64,000 bases of DNA, from assembly GCA_020024285.1 (NCBI GenBank), contig JAHHTZ010000008.1, positions 281 through 64,280 on the forward strand. The letters are read 5' to 3'. The notes under the pieces are model-generated. The model saw only the letters and a list, made by a program, of their open reading frames with translations. It searched no databases and was not told the DNA's origin. The position numbers and the translations under genes are program-made. Shown here piece by piece: positions 17,350 to 27,825 of this stretch. Within the stretch, counting starts at the first letter, position 1, and every line of letters starts with the position of its first letter. The stretch comes from Oscillospiraceae bacterium. Its GTDB lineage: Bacteria > Bacillota > Clostridia > Oscillospirales > Ruminococcaceae.

Positions 17350-19050
17350 ATGAAAAAAGCAATGAAACAATCCACCATGGTCATCATCCTGAACATTGTA
17401 TCGGTCATTCTTCTGGTGGGCGTTGCAGCTTGTTTCTTCTTTTCAAGAGCTTACAACGGCCGTATTGACACTGCAAATCAGGAACGCTTTGATCTGACCT
17501 ACAATGCCAACCGTTTTGTAGACGGCTCGGCAACCCTGACAAATGAAGTCCGTGCGTATGCCGCCACCGCAGATCGTGTCCATTATGACAACTACTGGGA
17601 CGAAATCAACAATCAGAAAAACCGCGACATCGGTGTGGAGAATATGCGCAAAATCGGCATCACCGAGGAAGAAGAAGCAATGATCTCCAGCATGTCCAAT
17701 ATTTCCAACCAGCTTGTACCGCTGGAAGAGCGGTCGATGGCTCTCACAGAGGAAGGAAATATAGAAGAAGCCATCCACAGTGTCTATGATGATCAGTATG
17801 AATCTGCAATCAGAGAGATCCGCAAGCTCCAAAATAACTTCCTTCAGACGCTCGATACCCGTACCGCCAGTGAGATCCAGCGTTTGCAGACCATTTGCAC
17901 CCTCTTCAGCAATCTGGTTGCTATCTTTATCTGTGCGCTGATCGTGCTTCAGTTCGTTCAGACCCGCCTTGTCAAGAAAAAGCTCCTCAAACCGATGATT
18001 CGCATTCAGAAGGAAATGATGGAAATTTCCAAGGGCAACATCTCCTCCGAATTTGAATTAAAAGAGGACAGCTCCGAGATCGGAATGCTCATTGGCTCCA
18101 TCCACCAGACCAAGGAGGAGCTCAAACGCTACATCGGGGATATTTCCGAGCAGCTTTCTGAAATGGCACAGGGCAACATGACCCTCACACAGAAGATCGA
18201 ATACATCGGCGATTTTAAACCGATCCAGAAATCGATGGAGATCATCCTTGACTCCATGAACACCACCCTCACCGAAATCGACACGACCGCATCCCTCGTC
18301 GACAACCATGCAGATCAGGTTTCTTCCGGTGCACAGGCTCTGGCACAGGGCGCAACGGAGCAGGCAGGCACCATTCAGGAGCTTTCCTCCACCATCAATC
18401 TCCTGACAGAGCAGATGCATGATATTGCAGATAATGCGAAGGTGACAAGAGAATCCACCGAAGAAGCTGCCAATACACTCAATATGAGCAACAGCAAGAT
18501 GACAGAGATGCAGGAGGCAATGAAAGAAATTTCCACCTCCTCCGAAGAAATCGGAAAAATCATCAAAACCATCGAGGACATTGCGTTCCAGACCAATATC
18601 CTTGCGCTCAACGCCGCAGTGGAAGCTGCCCGTGCCGGTACAGCCGGAAAAGGCTTTGCCGTTGTTGCGGATGAGGTGCGCAGCCTTGCAAACCGAAGCC
18701 AGGAGGCATCCAAGAGCACCGCAGCCCTCATCGAGCGTTCTGCTCAGGCAGTAACAAAGGGCGAATTGCTCGTAGAAGAAACCGCGAAGGCACTCAGCGT
18801 CCTTGTGGAGCAGACCAAGTCCTCCACCGAGCACGTCGATGCCATCGCAGCACAGTCCGAGGAACAGGCAAATTCTCTCAATCAGGTAAACATCGGTGTC
18901 GAGCAGATTTCCAGCGTGGTTCAGACAAACTCTGCAACCTCCGAGGAAAGTGCTGCCTCTGCATCGGAGCTTTCCTCCTACTCCAACCAGCTCAAACGTC
19001 TGGTGAATACGTTCCATCTTCGTTCCAACAGCGTCGATCTGCTCCAGTAG
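17350..19050 (+). CDS. methyl-accepting chemotaxis protein
   Basis: Two TM helices flank a sensor domain of about 150 aa. HAMP region present. Conserved signalling hairpin [19 protein letters not shown]...[13 protein letters not shown]. Confidence 0.9.
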   Translation: MKKAMKQSTMVIILNIVSVILLVGVAACFFFSRAYNGRIDTANQERFDLTYNANRFVDGSATLTNEVRAYAATADRVHYDNYWDEINNQKNRDIGVENMRKIGITEEEEAMISSMSNISNQLVPLEERSMALTEEGNIEEAIHSVYDDQYESAIREIRKLQNNFLQTLDTRTASEIQRLQTICTLFSNLVAIFICALIVLQFVQTRLVKKKLLKPMIRIQKEMMEISKGNISSEFELKEDSSEIGMLIGSIHQTKEELKRYIGDISEQLSEMAQGNMTLTQKIEYIGDFKPIQKSMEIILDSMNTTLTEIDTTASLVDNHADQVSSGAQALAQGATEQAGTIQELSSTINLLTEQMHDIADNAKVTRESTEEAANTLNMSNSKMTEMQEAMKEISTSSEEIGKIIKTIEDIAFQTNILALNAAVEAARAGTAGKGFAVVADEVRSLANRSQEASKSTAALIERSAQAVTKGELLVEETAKALSVLVEQTKSSTEHVDAIAAQSEEQANSLNQVNIGVEQISSVVQTNSATSEESAASASELSSYSNQLKRLVNTFHLRSNSVDLLQ

Positions 19051-19065
19051 ACGCCGCTTTTCTCA

Positions 19066-19100
19066 AAAACCCCCTGATGCAATATGCATCAGGGGGTTTT
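19066..19100 (+). terminator. rho-independent terminator
   Basis: Hairpin ccccctgatgca / tgcatcaggggg followed by TTTT. Confidence 0.75.
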
Positions 19101-19341
19101 GCATTGCGAAAAAAGGCAATCAAAACAATAGGCTAAAATGTGCAGGAAATCGGGGTACTTCGCCCAAATTTTCTATAATATGACAAAATCGAGAAAAGAC
19201 ACTGGATGGATTTGGAAGAATCGTTGACTTTTTCCTTTGGCACTGGTATAACTAACAAATAGAACGTATTGCAGTGCATCTTTAATGTAGACTGAAATGG
19301 TATTGATTCGCTGCAAGAAGGAAAGGATGGGAAGCGAAAGC

Positions 19342-22300
19342 ATGAGATCATTTATTGCCTACTTGGTTGCGTTTTCTATGACGGCATCCATAGCAGCGCA
19401 AGCACTGACACCTGTGGTATCCGCCGCAGAACCTCCATCGTCCCAAACGGCTGTGGAGCAAAACGGGGAAACCGACCCTGCAAAGCAGGAAAACACCGAA
19501 GCATCCTCCAAAGAGGAACCAAAGGACCCTGCACCGCAGGAAAATCCACAAAACGACAAACAGGAACAAGCTCAGCCAAACGGTGAGGCATCCGCACCGG
19601 ACAGCCAAAATCCCGATGCGCAGGGCAACCCGGCACAGCCCGGCACCCCTTCTGAGGGCGGCACCCCGGATGCACAGCCCGGTACCCCTTCTGAGGGCAC
19701 TGCTCCGAATGCACAGCCCGGCACCCCGGCTGAAGGCACTGCTCCGGATACACAGTCCGGCACCCCTTCTGAAGGCACCGCTCCGAATGCACAGCCCGGT
19801 ACTCCTGCCGAGGGTGAAGCGGCACAGCCTGGCACCCCGATGATCCCGCTGACCCCCGCAGCCAAAATCCAGGAGCAGACCGCGGTGCTCCCAACGGTAA
19901 ACGGCGGCGCAGCAGTATCGATCCATGCTGCCGCACCGATCGCGAAGGACGTTTCCTTCACCGTTTCGGTTTCGGGCGAGAAGGAGGACTCCAAGCAAGT
20001 CACCCTCAAGGGAAACGCGGATGATTCGATGGTGCAGGCAAGGTTTCGGGACCTTCCCGACGGCAGCTATGAGGTGACGGTATCCGCACCCGGATTTGCC
20101 ACCTACACCCAGTCTGTCACCGTACAGAGCGGCATGCTCAGTGAGCTGACCCTCTATACCGCAGAGCTGCGCGGCTACAGCGAAGCTGCAGCACATCCCG
20201 GCGTTCTTCGCCTCGGTGACACAAACGGCGACGGGAAAGTGAGCAAACAGGACGTCGATACGATGCTCGAAGCCATGAAGAACGGCTCGGTCGGCGTCTG
20301 CGACCTCAACGGCGACGGGGAAGTGAACCTCATCGACCTTGAGTATCTCGCATCCAGCCTCACCGACCGCGGCGAGCAGAAAAAAGACATTCACTCCACC
20401 GTGCGCTCCCTGGCGATACAGGAGGCAGTAAAAGCCGAAGCACAGGCAAACGTGAGCGGCAACCTCGACGAGCTCCTCAACGGAAGCAAGGTATCCCTTG
20501 CGCCATCCAATGGGGACGTGAGCGACAGCAACCCGATCCGCGTCGATTTTCACTTTGCAGGCTCCACCAAGGAGGAGCTGCCGAAATTGGATGGGATGCT
20601 CGTGGAATCCCCAAATGAAAAGGGCATCGCAGCAGGCTCTGTCCTTGTCACCTACGTTGACGAAAACGGGCAGGAGCAGACGATGGAGCTTGCGATCCGC
20701 GACGAATCCGCAAGAATGATGACGATGAGCCTTGGTGGTTCCGTCACCCGCCTGAGTGATGGCAGCTTGCAGGTCAACTTCGGCAATCAGATCGCAGTGA
20801 AGAAGATCACTCTCACGATCACAGACACACAGAGCAATAACTTAGCTGAAATTTCCAAAGTGGAATTTGTAAACGGGATGGAAAATCGCATTCCTGCCCC
20901 GGAGATGGACATCCCGCAGGGACTGTCTGCAAAGGCAGGCGACAAACGCCTGACCCTCAGCTGGAATCCATCCACCAACGTGACCGCATACGAGCTGGAA
21001 ATCACAGGTCCTGCAAAGAACGGCAGCGACAACGAAGTCATGACCCTTCGCACCACTGCGACCCAGATCCAGATCAGCTCCATCAACAACAAAAAGCTCA
21101 TCAACAATCGGGAATATACCATCAAGATCCAGTCCCTCAACGGCAGCTGGAAGAGCGGATGGAGCGACCCGATCACCGCAGTACCGAAGGTGAGCGGCAA
21201 GCCGGAGAAGCCGGACAACGTGGAGGCAGTGGGCGGCTATCGCTCCATTGAGGTGAGCTGGAAAAACATGGACGATACCGACAGCTACACCGTACTGTAT
21301 CAGCCCGCGGACGGCAGCGAGCCATACAAGCAGGCAGTTACAAAGCTCGAACGCAACCGCTATAAAATCGAAGGTCTGACGGACAACACCGAATACCGCG
21401 TTGTGGTATACGGCACCAACGACCTCGGCGACGGTCCGCAGAGCACACCGGCACTTGCCACCACAAGAAGCCTTGTGGATGCATGGATGCCTTCTTACCG
21501 ACTCATCAATACACCAAACGGAAAAGGTCAGCTGACAGCACACATCAAAAATGCTCAGAAGCTGCGCGGCTCCAGTGCGAAAATGATGGGCAGCACTCTG
21601 GACAAGGAGGACTCCGACACCGCACTCGGTGTATTGGACAGCGACCAGAGCTCCTACTACTATGTTGCAGACTGGGATGACGGTGTTCACTACGGCAACG
21701 GCGGCAGCGAGGTCAAGACAGACCGCGGTATCCGCGTGACCTTCGATCAGGAATTCGAGTTTGGCGCAATCGCATTTGCCGAACCGGAAAACGGCGCCAT
21801 CAATCAGGTGCGCGTCAACTATCTGGACAAATCGAGCGGCGAAATGAAGCCGATCAAAAACATCCGCCTCAGCGTCAAGATGGACAAAAACAACCGCAGA
21901 CACTTCTATGCTGCGTTTGATGAGAAAATCGTGACCGATCAGCTTCAGCTGTGCACCGCAACCGGAAACACAAACAGCATCAAGATCGCGGAGCTTCGCT
22001 TCTATGGCTACGACAGCCTCTACAGCGACATCATGAACCTCTATGAGGATGTATACCACACCGAGCTCAAGCCGGAAGTGGACGAAGCGAAAATCAACGA
22101 GCTGCAAACCCGACTCAATACTCCGGAGCAGGCAAGCGGCGAATGCCACCCGGAACAGGAGATCCTCCAGCGTGAAATCGATACTGCGCGCAAGATTCTC
22201 GGCAGCCAGAACCTCAACCGCGTCATCGATGTAAAACCTTCCCTCAGCGCGACAGCGAAGGGACGCAGCGACAGTAAGCTCGGCTTCACCGGGCTCAACG

Positions 22301-24960
22301 ACTGGCAGCCGCTGGGCGTAACGGTTGGGGCAGGCGAGAGCTTCACCGTCTATGTCGGTCATCCGAACAAGCGTGTGGGCGACCGCACCGACCTCAAAAT
22401 CGTATTCACCCAGTACAATGCAGAATCCGGCAAATTCATGCAGGAAACAAATTACCTCAAAATCGGTGAAAACGTGATGACCGCTCCTGCCATCGTCAGC
22501 AAGGACTTTGAGCGCGGCGGCTCGGTTTACATCCGCTACACCGGCAGCAATCAAAACGATCAGTACGGGGTGCGTGTCGACGGCGGCACGAAGATCCCAA
22601 TGCTCGACCTGTATCAGGTGACCGATGAGGCAGAGCGCCTCAAACGCACCAAGGAATACGTGGAAGAGCTGGAAGCCTACGTTGCAAACCTCTCTGCACA
22701 GCATGACCTCCTGCATCAGGGCAGCGAGAACGCAAACATCAACAAACCGTACAAAGAGGAGGAATGCATCCTCGGTGCCACCGAGCTGCTCACCGACCGC
22801 ATGCTCTTCTCCGTTTCTGCAAAACGGATGCTCGCAGGACTCGGCGGCGGCAGCGCGGACGACAAGGCAAGAAAGCTCAACGATTCCATGCAGGCGATGG
22901 ACGACATGATGGTGCTCTTCTACCAGCATAAGGGTCTTACCGACGGTGCTTCGAACGCCATCGATCAGACTCCGTCCCAGCACCTCAACATCCGCTATAT
23001 GCGTATGTTTGCAGGCGCATTCATGTATGCATCCGGCAACCACATCGGCATCGGCTGGGGCTCTGTTCCCGGAATGGCAGGCGGTGTTCCCGTCAAAGCG
23101 GACGCTAAGGGCAAATATCAGTCCGGCAATCTGTTCGGCTGGGGCATCGGCCACGAGATCGGTCACGACATCAACCAAGGCAGCTATGTCATCGCCGAAG
23201 TGACCAACAACTACTTTGCACAGCTTGCCAACTACAAGAACGGTCCAGCCCGCTTCACCTATGACAAGGTGTACGACAAGGTGACCTCCAATACCGTGGG
23301 CAGGGACGAAAACCTCTTCACCCAGCTTGCAATGTTCTGGCAGCTGCGCCTTGCATACGACAACTACTATCCATACAAAACATTCGATACAGAACGCGAA
23401 GTATTCGATAATCTCTTCTTTGCCCGCGTGGATACCTTCTCAAGAACGCCTTCCCGCGCAACCGAGGGATTGGCTGATCCGAAACCGCTCAAGCTCACCG
23501 GCGATGCAGAGCAGAACTTCATCCGTCTGAGCTCTGCTGCGGCACAGAAGGACCTGAGCGAATTCTTCACCCGCTGGGGCTGGATTCCAACCGAGGAAAC
23601 AAAAGCCTTCATCGGTCAGTGGCCAAAGGAAACACGCGCCATCTTCTACGGCAACGATGCCGTACAGTCCTACCGCATCGAAAACCCGAACGGAGCGACC
23701 TTTGAAAATAAAATCGTCCTCCATGCATCCGAGGTCACCCTCACACAGGGCAACGATGCAAACGGTCTTGAACAGAATCAGGTGAAGCTCGATATTCGCC
23801 CATCCTCTGCTGATTCCATGCTCTTTGGCTATGAAATCAGCCGCACCACCATTTCCGGCGGTGCAGAGCACACCGAGGCAGTCGGCTTTGTACCGGCATC
23901 CTCCGACGGCAGCGCATCCTTTACGGATACGGTGACCACCATCAACAACCGCACCTTTACCTACCAGATCACACCGATCGACCAGTACCTTGTCAGAGCA
24001 AATTCCGCTCAGATGAAGCAGATCAAGATCGCGCACGACGGCAGCCACGACAAGAGCGGCTGGACTTTGAGCACCAACATGGTTTCCGATCAGGATACCG
24101 CAGAAAACCACGATGACGAGAACCCGGATTCCGGCATGGATCAAAATGCAGGAAACGGCGGGAAGAAGTCTGCAATCGGACTTGCTGCTGACAACCGACT
24201 CGACACCACCTACAACGGAACTGCGGCAGGCGGCGATGCTCAGATCGAAGTGCAGTTTAACCGTCCGCTCAATGTGACAGGCTTTAAGCTCAGCACCGCA
24301 CAGAGCGGTCTGACCGTGGAGGCAGAGCTTCTCGAAAACGGGAAATGGACCGCAGTTTCCCTCAGCGCATCTAATGCAGGGAACAACGAGGTCGTATACT
24401 TTACGAACGACGAAGGCTGGATTCGCACCGGCAATTCGACCGCGCTGCGCCTGACCTTCAAGGGCGCACAGAGCGTGAGCCTCAGTGAGCTGAGTGTGCT
24501 CGGTCCGACCGGCGACAACGTAGAGCATATGAGGGACGGCATCGGCATCCTCAAGGCAGACTACGTCTACGACAAGGAGCTTTACAGCACAAGCGGACAG
24601 AAGGACGGCTTCATCCCGAAGGATTCCGTCGTATTTATGGGGACATACAAGGGCAACCCCGCTTACAACGCCGTGATCCTCTACGATGAAAACGGAAAGA
24701 TCGTGGGTGCAAACGGAACCTCCGAACAGATCATCCTTGCTCCCGTACCGGACAAGGGCGACCTGGGCACCACCTCCGACGGACGCTGGGTATACTGGAT
24801 CGCGAAGGATGCCCCAAGACCGAAGCGCGTGCGCGCAGAGCTTTACCGCGTTGACGATGCCCTCACAAACAAAGGACAGCGCCATGTCAGCGATACCGAA
24901 TGGGCAGAGGTTCCGGGAACACTTCCGGAACTCACCATCGCTTCCGACTCTCAAAACTAA
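19342..24960 (+). CDS. giant secreted multidomain protein: Pro-rich repeats, dockerin, 2x FN3, M60-like (enhancin-like) zinc metallopeptidase, discoidin/CBM-like C-terminal modules
   Basis: Signal peptide MRSFIAYLVAFSMTASIAAQA. Dockerin repeats DTNGDGKVSKQD and DLNGDGEVNLID. FN3-like segments (LTLSWNPSTNVTAYELEI, IEVSWKNMDDTDSYTVLY). HEIGH at nt 23152..23166 followed by AEVTNNYF, as in M60-like gluzincins. Confidence 0.85.
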   Translation: MRSFIAYLVAFSMTASIAAQALTPVVSAAEPPSSQTAVEQNGETDPAKQENTEASSKEEPKDPAPQENPQNDKQEQAQPNGEASAPDSQNPDAQGNPAQPGTPSEGGTPDAQPGTPSEGTAPNAQPGTPAEGTAPDTQSGTPSEGTAPNAQPGTPAEGEAAQPGTPMIPLTPAAKIQEQTAVLPTVNGGAAVSIHAAAPIAKDVSFTVSVSGEKEDSKQVTLKGNADDSMVQARFRDLPDGSYEVTVSAPGFATYTQSVTVQSGMLSELTLYTAELRGYSEAAAHPGVLRLGDTNGDGKVSKQDVDTMLEAMKNGSVGVCDLNGDGEVNLIDLEYLASSLTDRGEQKKDIHSTVRSLAIQEAVKAEAQANVSGNLDELLNGSKVSLAPSNGDVSDSNPIRVDFHFAGSTKEELPKLDGMLVESPNEKGIAAGSVLVTYVDENGQEQTMELAIRDESARMMTMSLGGSVTRLSDGSLQVNFGNQIAVKKITLTITDTQSNNLAEISKVEFVNGMENRIPAPEMDIPQGLSAKAGDKRLTLSWNPSTNVTAYELEITGPAKNGSDNEVMTLRTTATQIQISSINNKKLINNREYTIKIQSLNGSWKSGWSDPITAVPKVSGKPEKPDNVEAVGGYRSIEVSWKNMDDTDSYTVLYQPADGSEPYKQAVTKLERNRYKIEGLTDNTEYRVVVYGTNDLGDGPQSTPALATTRSLVDAWMPSYRLINTPNGKGQLTAHIKNAQKLRGSSAKMMGSTLDKEDSDTALGVLDSDQSSYYYVADWDDGVHYGNGGSEVKTDRGIRVTFDQEFEFGAIAFAEPENGAINQVRVNYLDKSSGEMKPIKNIRLSVKMDKNNRRHFYAAFDEKIVTDQLQLCTATGNTNSIKIAELRFYGYDSLYSDIMNLYEDVYHTELKPEVDEAKINELQTRLNTPEQASGECHPEQEILQREIDTARKILGSQNLNRVIDVKPSLSATAKGRSDSKLGFTGLNDWQPLGVTVGAGESFTVYVGHPNKRVGDRTDLKIVFTQYNAESGKFMQETNYLKIGENVMTAPAIVSKDFERGGSVYIRYTGSNQNDQYGVRVDGGTKIPMLDLYQVTDEAERLKRTKEYVEELEAYVANLSAQHDLLHQGSENANINKPYKEEECILGATELLTDRMLFSVSAKRMLAGLGGGSADDKARKLNDSMQAMDDMMVLFYQHKGLTDGASNAIDQTPSQHLNIRYMRMFAGAFMYASGNHIGIGWGSVPGMAGGVPVKADAKGKYQSGNLFGWGIGHEIGHDINQGSYVIAEVTNNYFAQLANYKNGPARFTYDKVYDKVTSNTVGRDENLFTQLAMFWQLRLAYDNYYPYKTFDTEREVFDNLFFARVDTFSRTPSRATEGLADPKPLKLTGDAEQNFIRLSSAAAQKDLSEFFTRWGWIPTEETKAFIGQWPKETRAIFYGNDAVQSYRIENPNGATFENKIVLHASEVTLTQGNDANGLEQNQVKLDIRPSSADSMLFGYEISRTTISGGAEHTEAVGFVPASSDGSASFTDTVTTINNRTFTYQITPIDQYLVRANSAQMKQIKIAHDGSHDKSGWTLSTNMVSDQDTAENHDDENPDSGMDQNAGNGGKKSAIGLAADNRLDTTYNGTAAGGDAQIEVQFNRPLNVTGFKLSTAQSGLTVEAELLENGKWTAVSLSASNAGNNEVVYFTNDEGWIRTGNSTALRLTFKGAQSVSLSELSVLGPTGDNVEHMRDGIGILKADYVYDKELYSTSGQKDGFIPKDSVVFMGTYKGNPAYNAVILYDENGKIVGANGTSEQIILAPVPDKGDLGTTSDGRWVYWIAKDAPRPKRVRAELYRVDDALTNKGQRHVSDTEWAEVPGTLPELTIASDSQN
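19633..19848 (+). repeat. 39-bp in-frame tandem repeat (AQPGTPSEGTAPN-type linker)
   Basis: gcacagccc recurs at 19633, 19672, 19711, (19750, variant), 19789 and 19822. Confidence 0.85.
20203..20365 (+). other. type I dockerin module inside the M60-like protein
   Basis: Two Ca-binding loops matching DxNxDGxxxxxD, spaced about 30 aa apart (GDTNGDGKVSKQDVDTML ... CDLNGDGEVNLIDLEYL). Confidence 0.8.
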
Positions 24961-24990
24961 TGCCCGAACCGATTGCAAAAGGAGAGAACC

Positions 24991-26442
24991 ATGAAGAAAC
25001 AAATCAAAAGCTTGATCGTTGCCGCGGTGATGGCATTCGTCCTGCCCTTGCAGGCGTTTGCCGTGTCCACGGATGCAGCGGCGAGCTTTCAGGAGAATGG
25101 CAATCAGGCAAACGTGTCTGTTACGCTCCAGCATCCCGATGCCGGAGCGGGCGTGACCGCTCTTGAGATGACATTCCATCTCGAAGCGATGGCAGGCTCT
25201 TTGAATCAGGCACAGCTGAGCTTCGATTTTAACGAATCACTCCCCGGAACGGTCAAGGAACACCGCTTCAATCCACAGGACAACACCCTCAAGGTGTATG
25301 TTGCAGGTGCCGAGGACGGCATCTTCCGCAATGACACCGTGAACCTTGGCACCATCAGGCTCGAAAGCAGCAGCGGCGAGCGCATTCAGCTCAAGGTCGT
25401 GACCGGAACCACCGCACCCGATGCACAGCTGAGCGACGACCTCAAGCTGCTCACCGGAGGGACCACGATGCGCTCGATGGCGATGGAGGAAAGCTCGGCT
25501 CTCCTCAACGCCGAGGGCAGCAGCCAGACCCCCGACCGTCCGTCCCGTCCATCCCGTCCGAACGACCGCGACGACGATGACGATGATGACGACGACCTCC
25601 GCCCATCCAGACCGAGCCGCCCCAATAAGCCATCGAAAAACGACAAGCCGCAGGATATAGAGGAAGCTGTAAAGCCAACGACCCCACCTCCTGCGTCCCA
25701 GCAGCCAAGCGCCCCGACAAACAGCGCAAATGCAGCAGGCAGCTCTGCCGCTTTTGCAGACAATGTGTACAGCGAAGCACAGCTCAAAGATGAATTTGCA
25801 AAGGGCGATGTTGTGGAGCTTGATGTGACACAGCGCACAAAGCTCAGTGACAAAGCGTTTGAAATGCTCAAAGAGAAGAAGGGTTCGCTCCTCAAGCTCG
25901 TGGGCAGGGACTACACCTGGATCTTTGATTCCAAGGAAATCAAAAATCCTTCCGTTGCAGGCGGGATCTTTGACAGCGCAGTATCCTTCACCGTCAGCGC
26001 GGAGCTTGACGCAGCCATCCAAACATTTGCAGGGGATGTGCCGTATCTCGTCTTTGAAACCGCATACAGCGGCGAGCTTCCGGGCAAGACAGTCCTCCGG
26101 CTCCAGCTCGACAAGGATACCTATGCAGGCAAGACCCTCTACGTCTACCATCAGCCGCAGCCGGGAGAGCCGACCGAGATCGCACAGGTGACGGCAGACG
26201 AAAACGGCATTGTCGAGATTTCGATGGAGCATTGCTCCGTATACTTCCTCACCACGGAACAGATCAAAGCCGGGGAAGAGGATTCCAAAGAAACAGCACA
26301 GCCAATCGAACCGTCCGAGCCGGCGCAGACCCCTGCGCAGGAGGAGGGCGTTTCGATGGGGCTTGTCCTCACCATCGTGGCAGCTATTCTGATCATTGCC
26401 GCAGGTGCCGGAATCTACTTCTATCGAAACAAGAAAGCATAA
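24991..26442 (+). CDS. membrane-anchored surface protein with N-terminal cohesin-like domain
   Basis: AAAGGAGAG RBS and a signal peptide. N-terminal beta-rich domain of about 140 aa with a cohesin-like pattern (ANVSVTLQHPDAGAGVTALEMTFHLE...LGTIRLES). PSRPSRP-D9-PSRPSRP linker. C-terminal TM anchor (LVLTIVAAILIIAAGAGIYFY) followed by RNKKA. Confidence 0.6.
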   Translation: MKKQIKSLIVAAVMAFVLPLQAFAVSTDAAASFQENGNQANVSVTLQHPDAGAGVTALEMTFHLEAMAGSLNQAQLSFDFNESLPGTVKEHRFNPQDNTLKVYVAGAEDGIFRNDTVNLGTIRLESSSGERIQLKVVTGTTAPDAQLSDDLKLLTGGTTMRSMAMEESSALLNAEGSSQTPDRPSRPSRPNDRDDDDDDDDDLRPSRPSRPNKPSKNDKPQDIEEAVKPTTPPPASQQPSAPTNSANAAGSSAAFADNVYSEAQLKDEFAKGDVVELDVTQRTKLSDKAFEMLKEKKGSLLKLVGRDYTWIFDSKEIKNPSVAGGIFDSAVSFTVSAELDAAIQTFAGDVPYLVFETAYSGELPGKTVLRLQLDKDTYAGKTLYVYHQPQPGEPTEIAQVTADENGIVEISMEHCSVYFLTTEQIKAGEEDSKETAQPIEPSEPAQTPAQEEGVSMGLVLTIVAAILIIAAGAGIYFYRNKKA

Positions 26443-26450
26443 TCAAAAAA

Positions 26451-26484
26451 GGCATTTTGCGTGGCGCGCAAAATGCCTTTTTTT
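26451..26484 (+). terminator. rho-independent terminator
   Basis: Hairpin ggcattttgcg / cgcaaaatgcc followed by a T7 run. Confidence 0.75.
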
Positions 26485-26613
26485 ATGAAAAATATCGCAG
26501 GATCGGGAAAAGGATATTGAAAATTAAAAAAATAATCAGTATAATGAGAAAAAATGCTCGAAGGGAGCACAGCCCGCAAAGGCTTCAGATGACGCAGAAA
26601 AAGGAGAGATATT

Positions 26614-27396
26614 ATGATAAAAACGAACCTGTTTGACAGTACCCCCGTTCACAAGATCGTGGATTCGGCAGGATGCTTTTCGGTGCTCGAATACGAAAAG
26701 GACATTTCTGTCACACCCGGCAGCGCAGTGACTGCCTATTATTCCTCCCAGATGAATATTCGCAAAAGACAGGTCGTTGCAAACCTCGACGGAAACGGCG
26801 TCGTTCTTCAGTCGGGAGCTATGCAGATGATGATCGGTGCCGTGCGCACTGCAACCAATGTCAAGGGCGCAACCGACCTGATGAAAAAATTTGTGGGCAG
26901 CAAGGTGACCGGAGAAAGCGCCATCAAGCCGCGCTATGACGGCAAGGGTCTGCTTGTTTTGGAGCCTACCTACCGCTATATCCTGTTCCAGAACCTTGCG
27001 GACTGGAAGGGCAGCCTCGTCATCGAGGACGGACTGTTCCTCGCCTGTGACGACAGCGTCGATATGAAGGTAGCATCAAGAAAGAGCATTTCTTCCGCAG
27101 TTTTGGGCGGAGAGGGACTGTTCAACACCTCCCTGAGCGGTTCGGGCATTGTCGTATTGGAAAGCCCCGTCCCCGCAGAGGAGCTGATCGTGGTGGAGCT
27201 CGACCAGGACATGATCCGCATCGACGGCAACATGGCGATTGCATGGTCGAGCACCCTCGAATTCACGGTAGAAAAAGCAACCAGCACCCTCATCGGCTCG
27301 GCAGCATCGGGCGAGGGCTTTGTGAATGTTTACCGCGGGACCGGACGCATTTTGATTGCACCGGTTGCTCAAAACAGACCCGTCCCAACCCCGTAA
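26614..27396 (+). CDS. AIM24-family protein (DUF124)
   Basis: The length and pattern (...GGEGLFNTSLSGSGIVVLES...GEGFVNVYRGTGRILIAP) match my memory of the AIM24/TIGR00266 family. Confidence 0.75.
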   Translation: MIKTNLFDSTPVHKIVDSAGCFSVLEYEKDISVTPGSAVTAYYSSQMNIRKRQVVANLDGNGVVLQSGAMQMMIGAVRTATNVKGATDLMKKFVGSKVTGESAIKPRYDGKGLLVLEPTYRYILFQNLADWKGSLVIEDGLFLACDDSVDMKVASRKSISSAVLGGEGLFNTSLSGSGIVVLESPVPAEELIVVELDQDMIRIDGNMAIAWSSTLEFTVEKATSTLIGSAASGEGFVNVYRGTGRILIAPVAQNRPVPTP

Positions 27397-27400
27397 TATC

Positions 27401-27432
27401 AAAAAGCCCCCGACCTTCGGTCGGGGGCTTTG
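27401..27432. terminator. bidirectional terminator
   Basis: Hairpin agcccccgacc-ttcg-ggtcgggggct flanked by an A-run and a T-rich stretch. Confidence 0.7.
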
Positions 27433-27437
27433 CTATG

Positions 27438-27599
27438 CTATCGTGTGACAACGGGCTTGCCTTCCTCATCGAGCAGCGGCGTAAAGCCGGATGCATTGCC
27501 GTCGCGGTGAAAGAGATAATTTACCCCGGTCTGTGTATCCACCCAGATTTCTGTGACCGTGACCATCCCCTGGCTGTAAACCTTTTCAAAGCGGTTCAT
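27438..27599 (-). CDS. small protein (53 aa), DUF6440-like
   Basis: Absent from the ORF track because it is under 60 aa. AGGGAGGA RBS. Product is MNRFEKVYSQGMVTVTEIWVDTQTGVNYLFHRDGNASGFTPLLDEEGKPVVTR. The pattern ...TGVNYLF...G..TPLLD.DGKP matches my memory of this family. Confidence 0.6.
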   Translation of the reverse strand: MNRFEKVYSQGMVTVTEIWVDTQTGVNYLFHRDGNASGFTPLLDEEGKPVVTR

Positions 27600-27825
27600 A
27601 GAATCGATCCTCCCTTTTTTTCATGATTATAGCATACGCAATCGGAAAAGACAATAGCGCTTGTTTTTATCCATAAAACTGCAAATTTAAAACATTTTCA
27701 CCATGATTTTCGGAGGATTCGACTAAAAATATAGAAGTATTGCACGATAATTAAATTGACAACCATCAAACAATGTGTTACATTGGAGAAGGCAATCAAA
27801 CTTGATTCAAGGAAAGGTGATTACA

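Noticed and set aside
19348-25179. Several long minus-strand ORFs (401 aa at 19348..20553, 778 aa at 20842..23178, 579 aa at 23440..25179).
   Set aside because: They lie antisense to the M60-like gene, whose domain motifs are clear on the plus strand. They are typical GC-rich shadow ORFs without an RBS or motifs.
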